Assembly (NCBI GenBank): GCA_048940645.1
Contig: JBHLOI010000018.1
Coordinates: 1-57,156 of the forward strand
Source of the DNA: Promethearchaeota archaeon
GTDB taxonomy: Archaea > Asgardarchaeota > Lokiarchaeia > Sigyniarchaeales > SOKP01
DNA: 57,156 nt
Direction of reading: 5' to 3'
The notes beneath the pieces were generated by a model. It had not been told where the DNA came from and did not search any database. It saw only the letters and a list, made by a program, of their open reading frames with translations. Below, in pieces: positions 48,501 through 57,156 of the stretch; positions within the stretch are counted from its first letter, which is position 1; each line of letters opens with the position of its first letter. The translations under genes were made by a program, and so were the position numbers.

Positions 48501-49916
48501 GTGAAAAAAGTTCAGTTTTGTGTAGCTACAAATTGGGATTTCGAGCTTATAGATAAATTAACAGAATACCCTGTAACTGATGTATATGGTGTTGCAGATC
48601 ATACTATCGTAGGAGGAGGCCGCCCATCTTTTTTACTAACAAAAATTTCTGAAGAAAAAATAGCAGAATATATTAAGAGAATTCATGAGAAAAAAATGGA
48701 ATTCTCTTATTTATTAAATGCTCCATGTATGAACAATATGGAATATGATACACATTACCATAAAGAACTGCTTAAATATCTTCAATGGATTAGTGATATA
48801 GGAACTGATAACGTGATAGTAACCAATCCATTTTTAATACAGCTAATCAATAAACAATTTCCAAAACTAAAAATTCGAGTTTCGACCATTGCACACGTCA
48901 ATAGCGTGAACCGCGCAAAATTTTATGAAATGATGGGAGCAAATGAAATAACTCCAGATGTAATGATTAACCGAGATTTTAAAACTTTAGAAAAAATAAA
49001 GAAAGCAGTAAAATGTAAAATCGTTTTACTTTTAACTGATGGTTGTTTATATCAATGCCCCTTTAGATATTATCATTATAATATCTTAGGACATGCATCC
49101 CAATCTCATCAACAATTTGAGCGTAATTATATTGATACATGTATCTTAAATTGTAGTGTTATAAAATTTTCAAATCCAACCGAAGTACTTAAAGCAAGGT
49201 GGATTCGTCCAGAAGATTTATCTCATTATGAAGCTATAGGGATCAATAATTTTAAAATCGCTGGTCGGCGGATGTCAACAGAATGGATTATTAGAGCAGT
49301 AAAAGCATTCTCTTCACAAAAATATGATGGAAATCTAATTGATATTATTCAAGGGTTCTCAATGTCATTTGGAGGTCTAGAACAAAAAGATCCTAATCTA
49401 AAATTAACTAAAACTCTTGGGAAAGAGTTTAAGTCAAAATTGTATATAGACAATACCAAATTAGATGGCTTTATAGATTTTTTTAAAAAACAAGATTGCA
49501 TAGCAATGTGTAATGAATGTAACTATTGTGAAAAATGGGCAAAAAAGGCTGTGATACTAGAAAAAGAGGAATCTACTAGATATGTAGAATCTTTAAAGAA
49601 CTATATTGATGATATTGTATCCAGTCGTGAATTTGGAGTCACATCAACTAAACCTAAAGAAAAGGAAAAAATAGGTTTAATATGGGATTCTGAAACTGAG
49701 ATCCTTTTTAATAAATTAATAGAGTTAACACCTCCTCAATTTCAACCAATAGCACGGGTTGCAATTTCATCTCTCGCAGAGGAAAAAGCCAAAAAAAGAT
49801 CTTCACAACAAGTAGAACACGTGGATATGATCGAAGCTTTCTTAGAAGGAACTCCAGGACCTTTTCAAGCTGATATGAGGGAAGGACTTAAAAAGTATGG
49901 TCTAATAGATGAATAA
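48501..49916 (+). CDS. peptidase U32-family (Fe-S hydroxylase-like) protein with C-terminal helical module
   Basis: YLLNAPC, RVSTIAHVNS, INRDF, GCLYQCP...C...C, WIRPEDL, FKIAGR; C-terminal WDSETE...TPGPFQ module. Confidence 0.87.
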   Translation: MKKVQFCVATNWDFELIDKLTEYPVTDVYGVADHTIVGGGRPSFLLTKISEEKIAEYIKRIHEKKMEFSYLLNAPCMNNMEYDTHYHKELLKYLQWISDIGTDNVIVTNPFLIQLINKQFPKLKIRVSTIAHVNSVNRAKFYEMMGANEITPDVMINRDFKTLEKIKKAVKCKIVLLLTDGCLYQCPFRYYHYNILGHASQSHQQFERNYIDTCILNCSVIKFSNPTEVLKARWIRPEDLSHYEAIGINNFKIAGRRMSTEWIIRAVKAFSSQKYDGNLIDIIQGFSMSFGGLEQKDPNLKLTKTLGKEFKSKLYIDNTKLDGFIDFFKKQDCIAMCNECNYCEKWAKKAVILEKEESTRYVESLKNYIDDIVSSREFGVTSTKPKEKEKIGLIWDSETEILFNKLIELTPPQFQPIARVAISSLAEEKAKKRSSQQVEHVDMIEAFLEGTPGPFQADMREGLKKYGLIDE

Positions 49917-50058
49917 TTAGTGATAACAAATGTTTTTCTTAAAATCAAGGTTAATCACCAAGGTTAGATTGTTTCCATAAAAAAGAAGTATAATTTTAAA
50001 TTTTAACTCTCATTTATTACGAATAAATCTGAGAATAAAAGAGGATTTTAAAAGTAAA

Positions 50059-50856
50059 GTGAATGTTGGAAAAAATATTAGAATTGAACGAATTATAAGT
50101 AGAAAAACGAATAGAACGATTATAATTCCAATGGATCATGGATTAACTTTGGGCACAATTAGAGGTTTAGAAAATTTAGCAGATATGGTAAATAAAGTTG
50201 CTTTAGGAGGCGCAAATGCAGTTTTAATGCATTCTGGTATGATTGGAGCAGGTCATAGACGTTATGGTAAAGATATTGGTTTAATTGTTCACTTATCTGG
50301 AGCTACTAATCTGGCTCCAGATCCAAATCGAAAAGTATTAGTTTGTTCTGTAGAGAGAGCAATAAAAATGGGTGCTGATGCTGTCTCAATTCATATAAAT
50401 ATCGGTGCTAATGAAGAACCAGAAATGCTTCAAGATGCTCAAAAAGTTGTGGAATCTTCAGGAGAGTGGGGAATACCTCTAATCGCTATGATGTATCCAA
50501 GAGGTAAAAAAATAAGCGATGAGAATAACCCAGAGGTAGTGAATATTGCGGTGAGGGCAGGAGCAGAATTAGGAGCAGATATAGTTAAAACAAATTACAC
50601 TGGAGATATTGATTCCTTTAAATACATTGTAAAAAGCGTTCATATTCCAGTAATTATTGCTGGCGGTCCAAAAATGGATACAATCGTTGATTTATTACAA
50701 GTTGTTTATGATTCGATTCAAGCTGGGGGAACTGGAGTAGCTTTCGGAAGAAATGTCTTTCAAGCAGATGATCCTACAAAATTAGTTAGTGCAATTGCAA
50801 AAATTGTACATCATAATTACACTGTGGAAGAAGTTTTAAAAGAATACAAGTTTTAG
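50059..50856 (+). CDS. 2-amino-3,7-dideoxy-D-threo-hept-6-ulosonate synthase / class I DhnA-type aldolase (AroA'/MJ0400-like)
   Basis: [47 protein letters not shown]. Confidence 0.9.
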   Translation: MNVGKNIRIERIISRKTNRTIIIPMDHGLTLGTIRGLENLADMVNKVALGGANAVLMHSGMIGAGHRRYGKDIGLIVHLSGATNLAPDPNRKVLVCSVERAIKMGADAVSIHINIGANEEPEMLQDAQKVVESSGEWGIPLIAMMYPRGKKISDENNPEVVNIAVRAGAELGADIVKTNYTGDIDSFKYIVKSVHIPVIIAGGPKMDTIVDLLQVVYDSIQAGGTGVAFGRNVFQADDPTKLVSAIAKIVHHNYTVEEVLKEYKF

Positions 50857-50881
50857 AAATTTAGTATAAAAGTGTGTTTAA

Positions 50882-51022
50882 ATGAAAGAACAGAAGATTG
50901 TTTCATACAATCATTTGGTTAAAAGAGCTATTAAAATTGCTATAGAATTCATTATCATTTGCATAATATTATTTTATTTACCAGAGATAATTTTGTTTTT
51001 TAGATTCCTTTACGGTTTTTAA
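50882..51022 (+). CDS. small single-TM protein (46 aa) absent from the ORF track
   Basis: MKEQKIVSYNHLVKRAIKIAIEFIIICIILFYLPEIILFFRFLYGF* fills the gap between two co-oriented genes. Confidence 0.55.
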   Translation: MKEQKIVSYNHLVKRAIKIAIEFIIICIILFYLPEIILFFRFLYGF

Positions 51023-51038
51023 TGCTGAGGGGATTATA

Positions 51039-51566
51039 ATATTTCCAATATTTCACGTAGCAATACCATTATTGATTTTTGAATTACCCCAAATTAAAAA
51101 AAAGTTTCAATTTAATCGCTTTGCTTTAATAATCGGGTCTCTAATACCTGATTTAATTGATAAGGCTCTAATGTTTTTAAGTATTAGTTCTGGAAGAAGC
51201 TATTCTCATACAATCCTATTTTCTGTGGTGAGTTCTTTATTTGTTTTTTTAATTACAAAGAGGAGTAAGATAATCTCGATTTCTTATTTCGTTGGAACTC
51301 TTTTCCATTTATTATTAGATTTACCTGATATACCTATATTATTTCCATTTATTCCTTATGATTTTATATATATAGAAGATCCATTCGGATTTTGGTTATA
51401 TAAACTGATATATGACCCCTTTACTTATATTACAGAGATTGCAGGATTAAGTATTTTGATTTTCATAATTATCAATAATAAACTATTTAGTTTTAATAAA
51501 ATCAAAGTATTTTTATTGAAAAATTCTAAAAAAGAACTAAAGATTGAAAACAAATATCAGGACTAA
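51039..51566 (+). CDS. membrane-bound metal-dependent hydrolase (YdjM-like)
   Basis: GSLIPDLIDK, GRSYSHTI, HLLLD; the N-terminal His (FPIFHVA) lies upstream of TTG 51072, implying an ATA start near 51039. Confidence 0.8.
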   Translation: MFPIFHVAIPLLIFELPQIKKKFQFNRFALIIGSLIPDLIDKALMFLSISSGRSYSHTILFSVVSSLFVFLITKRSKIISISYFVGTLFHLLLDLPDIPILFPFIPYDFIYIEDPFGFWLYKLIYDPFTYITEIAGLSILIFIIINNKLFSFNKIKVFLLKNSKKELKIENKYQD

Positions 51567-51675
51567 TTAACCTTATGATAATAAATAAATAATATGGTAA
51601 AACTATTTTTCTTTTAAATACCAATATAATAGTAATAAACTTAAAAGGAATTAATTTCTCTGATTTGATAAAAAT

Positions 51676-52422
51676 ATGGAGCAAAAGAAAATACCGCACA
51701 TTATTGTAGATACTAGAGAACAAAAACTAAGTAAAATCTTGGATAGTAAGAAAGATCGAATCACTTATGAAAATAAGCAGTTAGACATTGCTGATATTGT
51801 CGTTTCTGAGGAAGTGGCAATAGAAAGAAAGGAAGGTTTTGATTTTGTGTCTTCAATCATGGATAATCGTCTATTTGAGCAAATAATGAGGTTGCAGGAA
51901 ACTTATAATACACCAATTTTAATTCTAGAAGGTTTAAATGACAATGTATTTGAAAATGTTGGAATGAAGATATCCTCAATTTATGGTGCTCTTGCGTTTA
52001 CATCATATAAACTAGGAATTGCTGTAATTCCTACGAGGAATATAGAAGACACTGCTATTGTGGTCGAACGTGTAGCTTATAGAGAACAAATTAAGGACGG
52101 GGCTATAATATTAGCAAGAAAAGCACCTAAAGGAATGAGCATTGAAGAAAGAAGAACTTTTATTATCGAGGGTCTTGTAGATATCGGTCCTAAAAAAGCA
52201 AAATCGTTAATTGAACAATATAAGACGCCTCATAAGGTATTTAAAGCAATTAAGCATACTGAGATAACTTATACAAGAACAGGTAACCCTAAAGGAATTC
52301 AAGGTCCTTTAAGTAAAATAAAGGGATTTAGTTGGAAGTTTATTGAAAAAAATAAGAAATTGGTATTTGGTAAAAAGCATCGTTATATCCAAAAAAAACT
52401 TGATGACATACTAAATGAATAA
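51676..52422 (+). CDS. ERCC4/XPF-family structure-specific nuclease (short form)
   Basis: IVDTRE, ADIVVS...IERK, SIMDNRLFEQ, LILEG, HhH motif GLVDIGPKKA. Confidence 0.92.
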   Translation: MEQKKIPHIIVDTREQKLSKILDSKKDRITYENKQLDIADIVVSEEVAIERKEGFDFVSSIMDNRLFEQIMRLQETYNTPILILEGLNDNVFENVGMKISSIYGALAFTSYKLGIAVIPTRNIEDTAIVVERVAYREQIKDGAIILARKAPKGMSIEERRTFIIEGLVDIGPKKAKSLIEQYKTPHKVFKAIKHTEITYTRTGNPKGIQGPLSKIKGFSWKFIEKNKKLVFGKKHRYIQKKLDDILNE

Positions 52423-52435
52423 CTAGATATATTTC

Positions 52436-53140
52436 TCAAGATTTCTTAATAAACTTGTCTATTGTTTTTGTATGAAAGTTTCGTTCGATTTCCATATCTT
52501 TCTTTTCTTGATATTTTCTTGGCATATTTTGGTTAAAAAGTTTTAGATTTTCTCTTGATTTGATGAATTGGGATTCATAAAAAGACTTAAATAATTCTTT
52601 GGAATCAAGCTCATTATCTAAAAGGGGTTTAATACTGTTATATTTTGCTAATAAGGGGGAGATTATTGAAATGACTTTTTTTAGTTTCAGGTTAGAGCTC
52701 CCTATGAGGTAATCCTTTTTAATAGTGTACTTTATTATCTTTAATTTCTTTAGATCATCACTGATTTGCTTTGGTGTAATCATGTAAGTTTTATTTTTTT
52801 TGCCTGAAAATAAGATTATTGTGTATTTAGGAAATCTGTTATAAAAGAATTCTAAAATTAAATCTTCCACTGAATGTATTGGTTGAATATAACCTGTAAG
52901 GACCATGTTTTCTTCTATTCTGAACCGTGTAAACATCTTATTATAGTGTATTTCTTTGGAAACAGCACGAGCCATCTTATAATAATTCCTAGCTTGCGTT
53001 GTCAATGTAGTTTCAATTACTGCTTTAGAATCTCTCATTAATCCCCGAATTATTTTCTCTCTTTCTCTTTGCGGTTTAATCAGAAAATTTTTGTGTCTTT
53101 TCAATAAATTAATAATCTTGGTTCTATTCATACTAAACAT
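52436..53140 (-). CDS. DUF4130/TIGR03915-like partner of the DNA-repair radical SAM
   Basis: VSKEIHYNKMFTRF, FFYNRFP, FYES...IKSRENLKLFNQNMPRKY; adjacent to the TIGR03916-type gene. Confidence 0.8.
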   Translation of the reverse strand: MFSMNRTKIINLLKRHKNFLIKPQREREKIIRGLMRDSKAVIETTLTTQARNYYKMARAVSKEIHYNKMFTRFRIEENMVLTGYIQPIHSVEDLILEFFYNRFPKYTIILFSGKKNKTYMITPKQISDDLKKLKIIKYTIKKDYLIGSSNLKLKKVISIISPLLAKYNSIKPLLDNELDSKELFKSFYESQFIKSRENLKLFNQNMPRKYQEKKDMEIERNFHTKTIDKFIKKS

Positions 53141-53177
53141 TTTTCAATTTACCTTATGAGTTTTTTAATTCAATCAA

Positions 53178-54491
53178 TTATACGATAAATGTTTTAAGGG
53201 TTGATTGGTAACCATTTCCAAATTTAATATAAGGTTCTGCTCTTTTAAGTACGATCCCTATATTTTTTAATTGAATTTTCTTAGTTATCTTGATTCCTTC
53301 ATTTCTTAATTTCATAATTCTTCTGGCAGATGTTATACCAATCCCTGGGATTCTAAGAAGCTCTGAATATGGTAAATTATTAATGTCATTAGGTTTTATT
53401 CCATCAAAATAATTTTTTGCCAATTTTATTTTGGGATCCGTTCGTGGTAAATAATGATCATCTGTCAGAATATCTTTGATTTCTTTCAAGGGAATCTTGT
53501 AAATTCTCATCAACCAATCTGTTTGGTAAAGACGGTGCTCTCTTAACAAAGGAGTAGCTGGTTTCTTTTCTAAAGGCGTTCCAATTATGGGGTAAAATGC
53601 TGAAAAATAACCTCTACGCAGTTTGATAGACTTATATTCCCAATTAAGCCTATTAAGAATGTCCCAGTCTGTTTCGTCAGCAGCACCAACAACAAATTGC
53701 GTAGTTTGTCCAGCAGGTAATTGTTTTGCCCTATTATAATTCACTTCACAGATTTGATTAGATCTTTTATTATCTAGCTGCGTATCAAATGATTGTATTT
53801 TATCAACCTTTTCCCAATCATTGAAATTTTTTTCTGACACATCTCGAATCCATTCTTGCCTACGTAATATGTCAGTTTTCAATGATTTTTGATCTGCAAT
53901 TTCTGATAAATGGCTTTCTGTAGGCGATTCAAGATTTATACTCATTCTATCAACGTACTGAGCAGCTCTCTGAATTATCTCCCTTGATGCTCCAGGAAGA
54001 CATTTAAAATGAATATATCCTCGAAAATTATGTTTTTCTCTTAAAAGAATAACTGCTTGAAGCATTTTTTCCATTGTTACATCTGCATTTTTGGTTATTC
54101 CAGATGAGAGAAACATCCCCTCTACATAATTTCCTAAATATAGATGCATAAAGGCTCTAGCATACTCCTCTGGAGAAAGGCTGATTTTCATCCTATTAGC
54201 CTTATTAAAACAATATTTGCAGTTAAATATACAAGCATTGGAAAATAAAACTTTAAAAAGAGAGATACATCTACCATCTGGGGTGAAACTGTGACATATA
54301 CCGCTTGAAAGAGTAGAACCAAAATAAGATTTGGTCTTTATTTTGTTAGAACTTCTTTCTTGATTTTTCCCTTGATTTGTTTTTTGCTTTTTATTTAGAA
54401 TATTTGAATTTGAAATACAGCCACTTGATGCGCATATATCATATTTTCCTGCAGCTCCTAGTACTCTAATCTTTTCTAATAGGGTCGGCAT
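53178..54491 (-). CDS. putative DNA modification/repair radical SAM protein (TIGR03916 type)
   Basis: KYDICASS, GICHSFTPDGRCISLFK, CIFNCKYC, PAGQTTQ, REHRLYQTDWLMR, C-terminal HhH. Confidence 0.93.
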   Translation of the reverse strand: MPTLLEKIRVLGAAGKYDICASSGCISNSNILNKKQKTNQGKNQERSSNKIKTKSYFGSTLSSGICHSFTPDGRCISLFKVLFSNACIFNCKYCFNKANRMKISLSPEEYARAFMHLYLGNYVEGMFLSSGITKNADVTMEKMLQAVILLREKHNFRGYIHFKCLPGASREIIQRAAQYVDRMSINLESPTESHLSEIADQKSLKTDILRRQEWIRDVSEKNFNDWEKVDKIQSFDTQLDNKRSNQICEVNYNRAKQLPAGQTTQFVVGAADETDWDILNRLNWEYKSIKLRRGYFSAFYPIIGTPLEKKPATPLLREHRLYQTDWLMRIYKIPLKEIKDILTDDHYLPRTDPKIKLAKNYFDGIKPNDINNLPYSELLRIPGIGITSARRIMKLRNEGIKITKKIQLKNIGIVLKRAEPYIKFGNGYQSTLKTFIV

Positions 54492-54648
54492 TTTTACTTA
54501 CAAGAAGAGAAGCCTATAACAATTTTTATTGTGAGATTAAATATCAATATTTATAGCTTTAAAATATGAAAAACTATTATCGAATAAAAAAAAATGAGGT
54601 TAAAGATTTAGTGTAATACTAATGATTAAGAAAAAAAAGAAAATTAAG

Positions 54649-55383
54649 TTAAAGAATTGCTGTTTTTCGCTGAAATAGAAGAATACCGAGAATAATTAGC
54701 CCTATTCCCCATATAGTAACCCATATTAAATTTAATCCAACTGGATCAAATGCTGTGCTTCCATATATCATTACAGCTCCCATTGCTTCTGCTGCTAAAG
54801 ATGTAGGTATAAAACCTAGAACTGGAGCTGTAAGTAATCCCCCTAAAAATTGGAGTGGTAAAATGATAAACCAAGCAAGACCACCTGCAGAGCCAGCAGT
54901 TTTTACAAAGGATGCAAGGAGTAAACCAAATCCAAGAGATGTAAATGCAACTAAAAACGGAATAAAGAATAGCAAAAAAATATTTGCATTAGGATGGAAA
55001 TATGCTCCGAATAATAAGGTCAAAAGAAGCATAATTACAATTTGTATTGCTGCAACTATCAATTGGGAAAACAATCCTGATAATAATATTGTTTGACGAG
55101 ATACAGGCGTAGTAATTAAGCGTTGTAGTGTTCCTGATTCTTTTTCATCAGCAAAATGGCCTGCTAGTTGTGAAATTAGTACAATAGGAGCTAAGATTAT
55201 AACACCTGGTGCAAATAAATTATAAGTCTCTAAACCATATGCATACCTAAGTAAGAGAATAAAAACTAAAGGGTAACCGAAAATCCAAATTAACTGACTT
55301 AGCTCACGAATCATTGATTTGAAGTTTTTTATAGTTAAATACCAAAGCTGTTTGGTAACTTTAGGTTCCATTTTTAATTCCAT
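54649..55383 (-). CDS. ABC-2 type exporter permease
   Basis: EKESGTLQRLITTPVSR; 6 TM. Confidence 0.92.
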   Translation of the reverse strand: MELKMEPKVTKQLWYLTIKNFKSMIRELSQLIWIFGYPLVFILLLRYAYGLETYNLFAPGVIILAPIVLISQLAGHFADEKESGTLQRLITTPVSRQTILLSGLFSQLIVAAIQIVIMLLLTLLFGAYFHPNANIFLLFFIPFLVAFTSLGFGLLLASFVKTAGSAGGLAWFIILPLQFLGGLLTAPVLGFIPTSLAAEAMGAVMIYGSTAFDPVGLNLIWVTIWGIGLIILGILLFQRKTAIL

Positions 55384-56330
55384 TAATCTCTCAACCTCCT
55401 ACCTGTTAAATCAATAAAAACATCCTCTAAAGTATTTTTACGAACAGAAATATCTTCCATTTTAATTTTAACAACATCCATAATTTCTGAGACACGTCTT
55501 AATCCGTCAAGAGCATTTAGAACTATCCTGTGTTTTCCAACTGGTTTGCCCCATCTTACAAAATCTAATGTTTTTACGCGCTCAATAATTCCCTCTCTTT
55601 GCTCTATTTCCTTGATCCTAAATTCTAGTATATCTCCTTCTCCCAGTTTTCCTTTCAATTCGTCTGGAGTACCCTGGGCAATTATTTTTCCATAATCAAT
55701 AATTACAAGTTCATCCGAAAGATCATCTGCTTCTTCCATATTATGTGTGGTTAATATTATAGTACATTCTCTCTCTTGAAAATCGCGGATAAAATCCCAT
55801 ACTACTCGTCGCGACTGAGGATCAAGCCCCGCTGTGGGTTCATCAAAAAATAATAACTCTGGTTCATGGATAACTGCCATTAATACATTTATTCGCCGTT
55901 TCATTCCACCTGAGAATCCTTTAACTAAAGAGTTTGCACGATCCAACAGATTCATTTTTCCTAACAAATCATCAGTTCTTTCTTTATAATCTTTCTTTGC
56001 CATCCCATGCATTTGGGCAATTAAATGAATATTCTCTCTTGCTGTTAGGCGTGGATAAACCACAAGTTCTTGAGGACATAAACCAATCCTTCTTTTAATC
56101 TCACTTGCCTCTTTTTTTACGTCGAATCCTAAAATTTCAGCATCTCCACTTGTTGGATGTAAAATTGTAGATAACATCCTGATAGTTGTTGTTTTTCCTG
56201 CACCATTTGGTCCAAGAACACCAAAAAGAGCACCTTTAGGTACTTTTAAATCAATTCCATCAACAGCATGTATGTCACCAAAATACTTTTTTAAATCTCT
56301 AGTTTCAATCGCATAAGACATTAAATTCAC
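55383..56330 (-). CDS. ABC exporter ATP-binding subunit (DrrA-like)
   Basis: GPNGAGKTT, FSGGMKRR, FFDEPTAGLDP, TLEDVF. Confidence 0.96.
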   Translation of the reverse strand: MNLMSYAIETRDLKKYFGDIHAVDGIDLKVPKGALFGVLGPNGAGKTTTIRMLSTILHPTSGDAEILGFDVKKEASEIKRRIGLCPQELVVYPRLTARENIHLIAQMHGMAKKDYKERTDDLLGKMNLLDRANSLVKGFSGGMKRRINVLMAVIHEPELLFFDEPTAGLDPQSRRVVWDFIRDFQERECTIILTTHNMEEADDLSDELVIIDYGKIIAQGTPDELKGKLGEGDILEFRIKEIEQREGIIERVKTLDFVRWGKPVGKHRIVLNALDGLRRVSEIMDVVKIKMEDISVRKNTLEDVFIDLTGRRLRD

Positions 56331-56521
56331 ATTTTTATAACGTGTATTATAGTATTTATTCCATACTATCTTATATATAGTATAAAATTTAAATTTTTAT
56401 TCAATTTCGAAGAATGTGTCAATATTCTTCTTTTAATTATAAAAAGTTTTCTGTTTTAGACTTGAAAGTAAAATGTTATTCTAAAAGCTTTTACTTAAAA
56501 AAAATTTTGAACTCTTATAAG

Positions 56522-57156
56522 ATGAGTATTTATCTAATTTTAATTCCAATTTTTTTTTCGAGTATGGTTTATGGCATCATAGGGTTTGGAGATGCCCTGA
56601 TATTAATTCCTATCATTACTCCAATAATTGGAGTAAAAGCAGCAGTAATTCTAGTGAATCTTTGGGGAACTTTTCCGGCTCTAATTAACTTTATTAAATA
56701 TAGAGAATTTTTAGATAAGGGATATTTCCTTCGATTCTTATCTTTAGGAGTACCTGCTACAATTCTAGGAACATACTTAATTTTAAATATTCGAACAGAA
56801 TGGATTGAGTTAATTTTTGGAATTTTCATTTTTATTTATTCTTCAATAAAACTCATTCAATATATTAGAAATCCGATCAAACATGATATAGAAAAGCAAA
56901 TAAACTCAACATCTCCGATTATATTTATTGGTGGATTCTCATATGGACTACTAACTGGTTTAATAAGTGCAGCTGGTCCTCTTAATGTAGCATTATTAGA
57001 AAAAACTGGACACTATAAAGAGAATTTCATTGAAAATTTTGGAGCTATTGGAACTGTGTTATCAATATCTAGAATCCCATTTTATTTCATTGAAAATGTA
57101 TTTCCTTATGACTTATTTTTAGTTTTTTTAATCGCATTTCCAGTGATATTCGTTGG
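56522..57156 (+). CDS. TauE/SafE-family sulfite exporter-like membrane protein (runs off the window)
   Basis: MSIYLILIPIFFSSMVYGIIGFGDALILIP... and GGFSYGLLTGLISAAGP; frame open to the end. Confidence 0.8.
   Translation, partial: MSIYLILIPIFFSSMVYGIIGFGDALILIPIITPIIGVKAAVILVNLWGTFPALINFIKYREFLDKGYFLRFLSLGVPATILGTYLILNIRTEWIELIFGIFIFIYSSIKLIQYIRNPIKHDIEKQINSTSPIIFIGGFSYGLLTGLISAAGPLNVALLEKTGHYKENFIENFGAIGTVLSISRIPFYFIENVFPYDLFLVFLIAFPVIFV

Noticed and set aside
54330-54420. Polar in-frame insert in the TIGR03916 radical SAM as a second intron
   Set aside because: No stop or frameshift, it sits in a variable loop, and I could not build a BHB pairing
44244-56829. ORFs at 44244-44465, 44326-44601, 44628-44861, 51526-51723, 54755-55096 and 56569-56829
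   Set aside because: Antisense to confident genes; the last is opposite the TauE-like gene that the track missed because it runs off the window

Overview
AT-rich archaeal chromosomal segment, most likely from a Lokiarchaeia-type Asgard archaeon. That assignment is an inference from gelsolin-like and longin-like domains, geranylgeranyl reductase, an archaeal HerA-like ATPase, a short XPF and an MJ0400-type aldolase. About 50 protein genes are present; I found no rRNA, tRNA, CRISPR array or transposase. Two things stand out. (1) A low-molecular-weight phosphatase gene (35384-35902, minus strand) is interrupted inside its catalytic C-x5-R P-loop by a 33-nt insert with an in-frame TAA. The insert folds with the flanking exons into a near-canonical bulge-helix-bulge (BHB) motif, and the predicted endonuclease cut sites restore the frame and motif exactly (CAGNTARS). 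This is a candidate tRNA-type intron in an mRNA. (2) A ~10-kb cluster (40120-50856) encodes two radical SAM/SPASM enzymes, two B12-dependent radical SAM enzymes, an NphB/CloQ-type ABBA aromatic prenyltransferase, an SCP2 lipid carrier and a U32-family protein. Four of these enzymes carry the same ~75-aa helical module, suggesting a modular pathway for a prenylated aromatic, quinone or lipid. Also seen: a four-copy tandem array of membrane-anchored surface glycoprotein domains, an MFS-longin fusion, two gelsolin-domain proteins, genes that appear to need ATC/ATA starts, and a deletion remnant of an ArgE/DapE gene.
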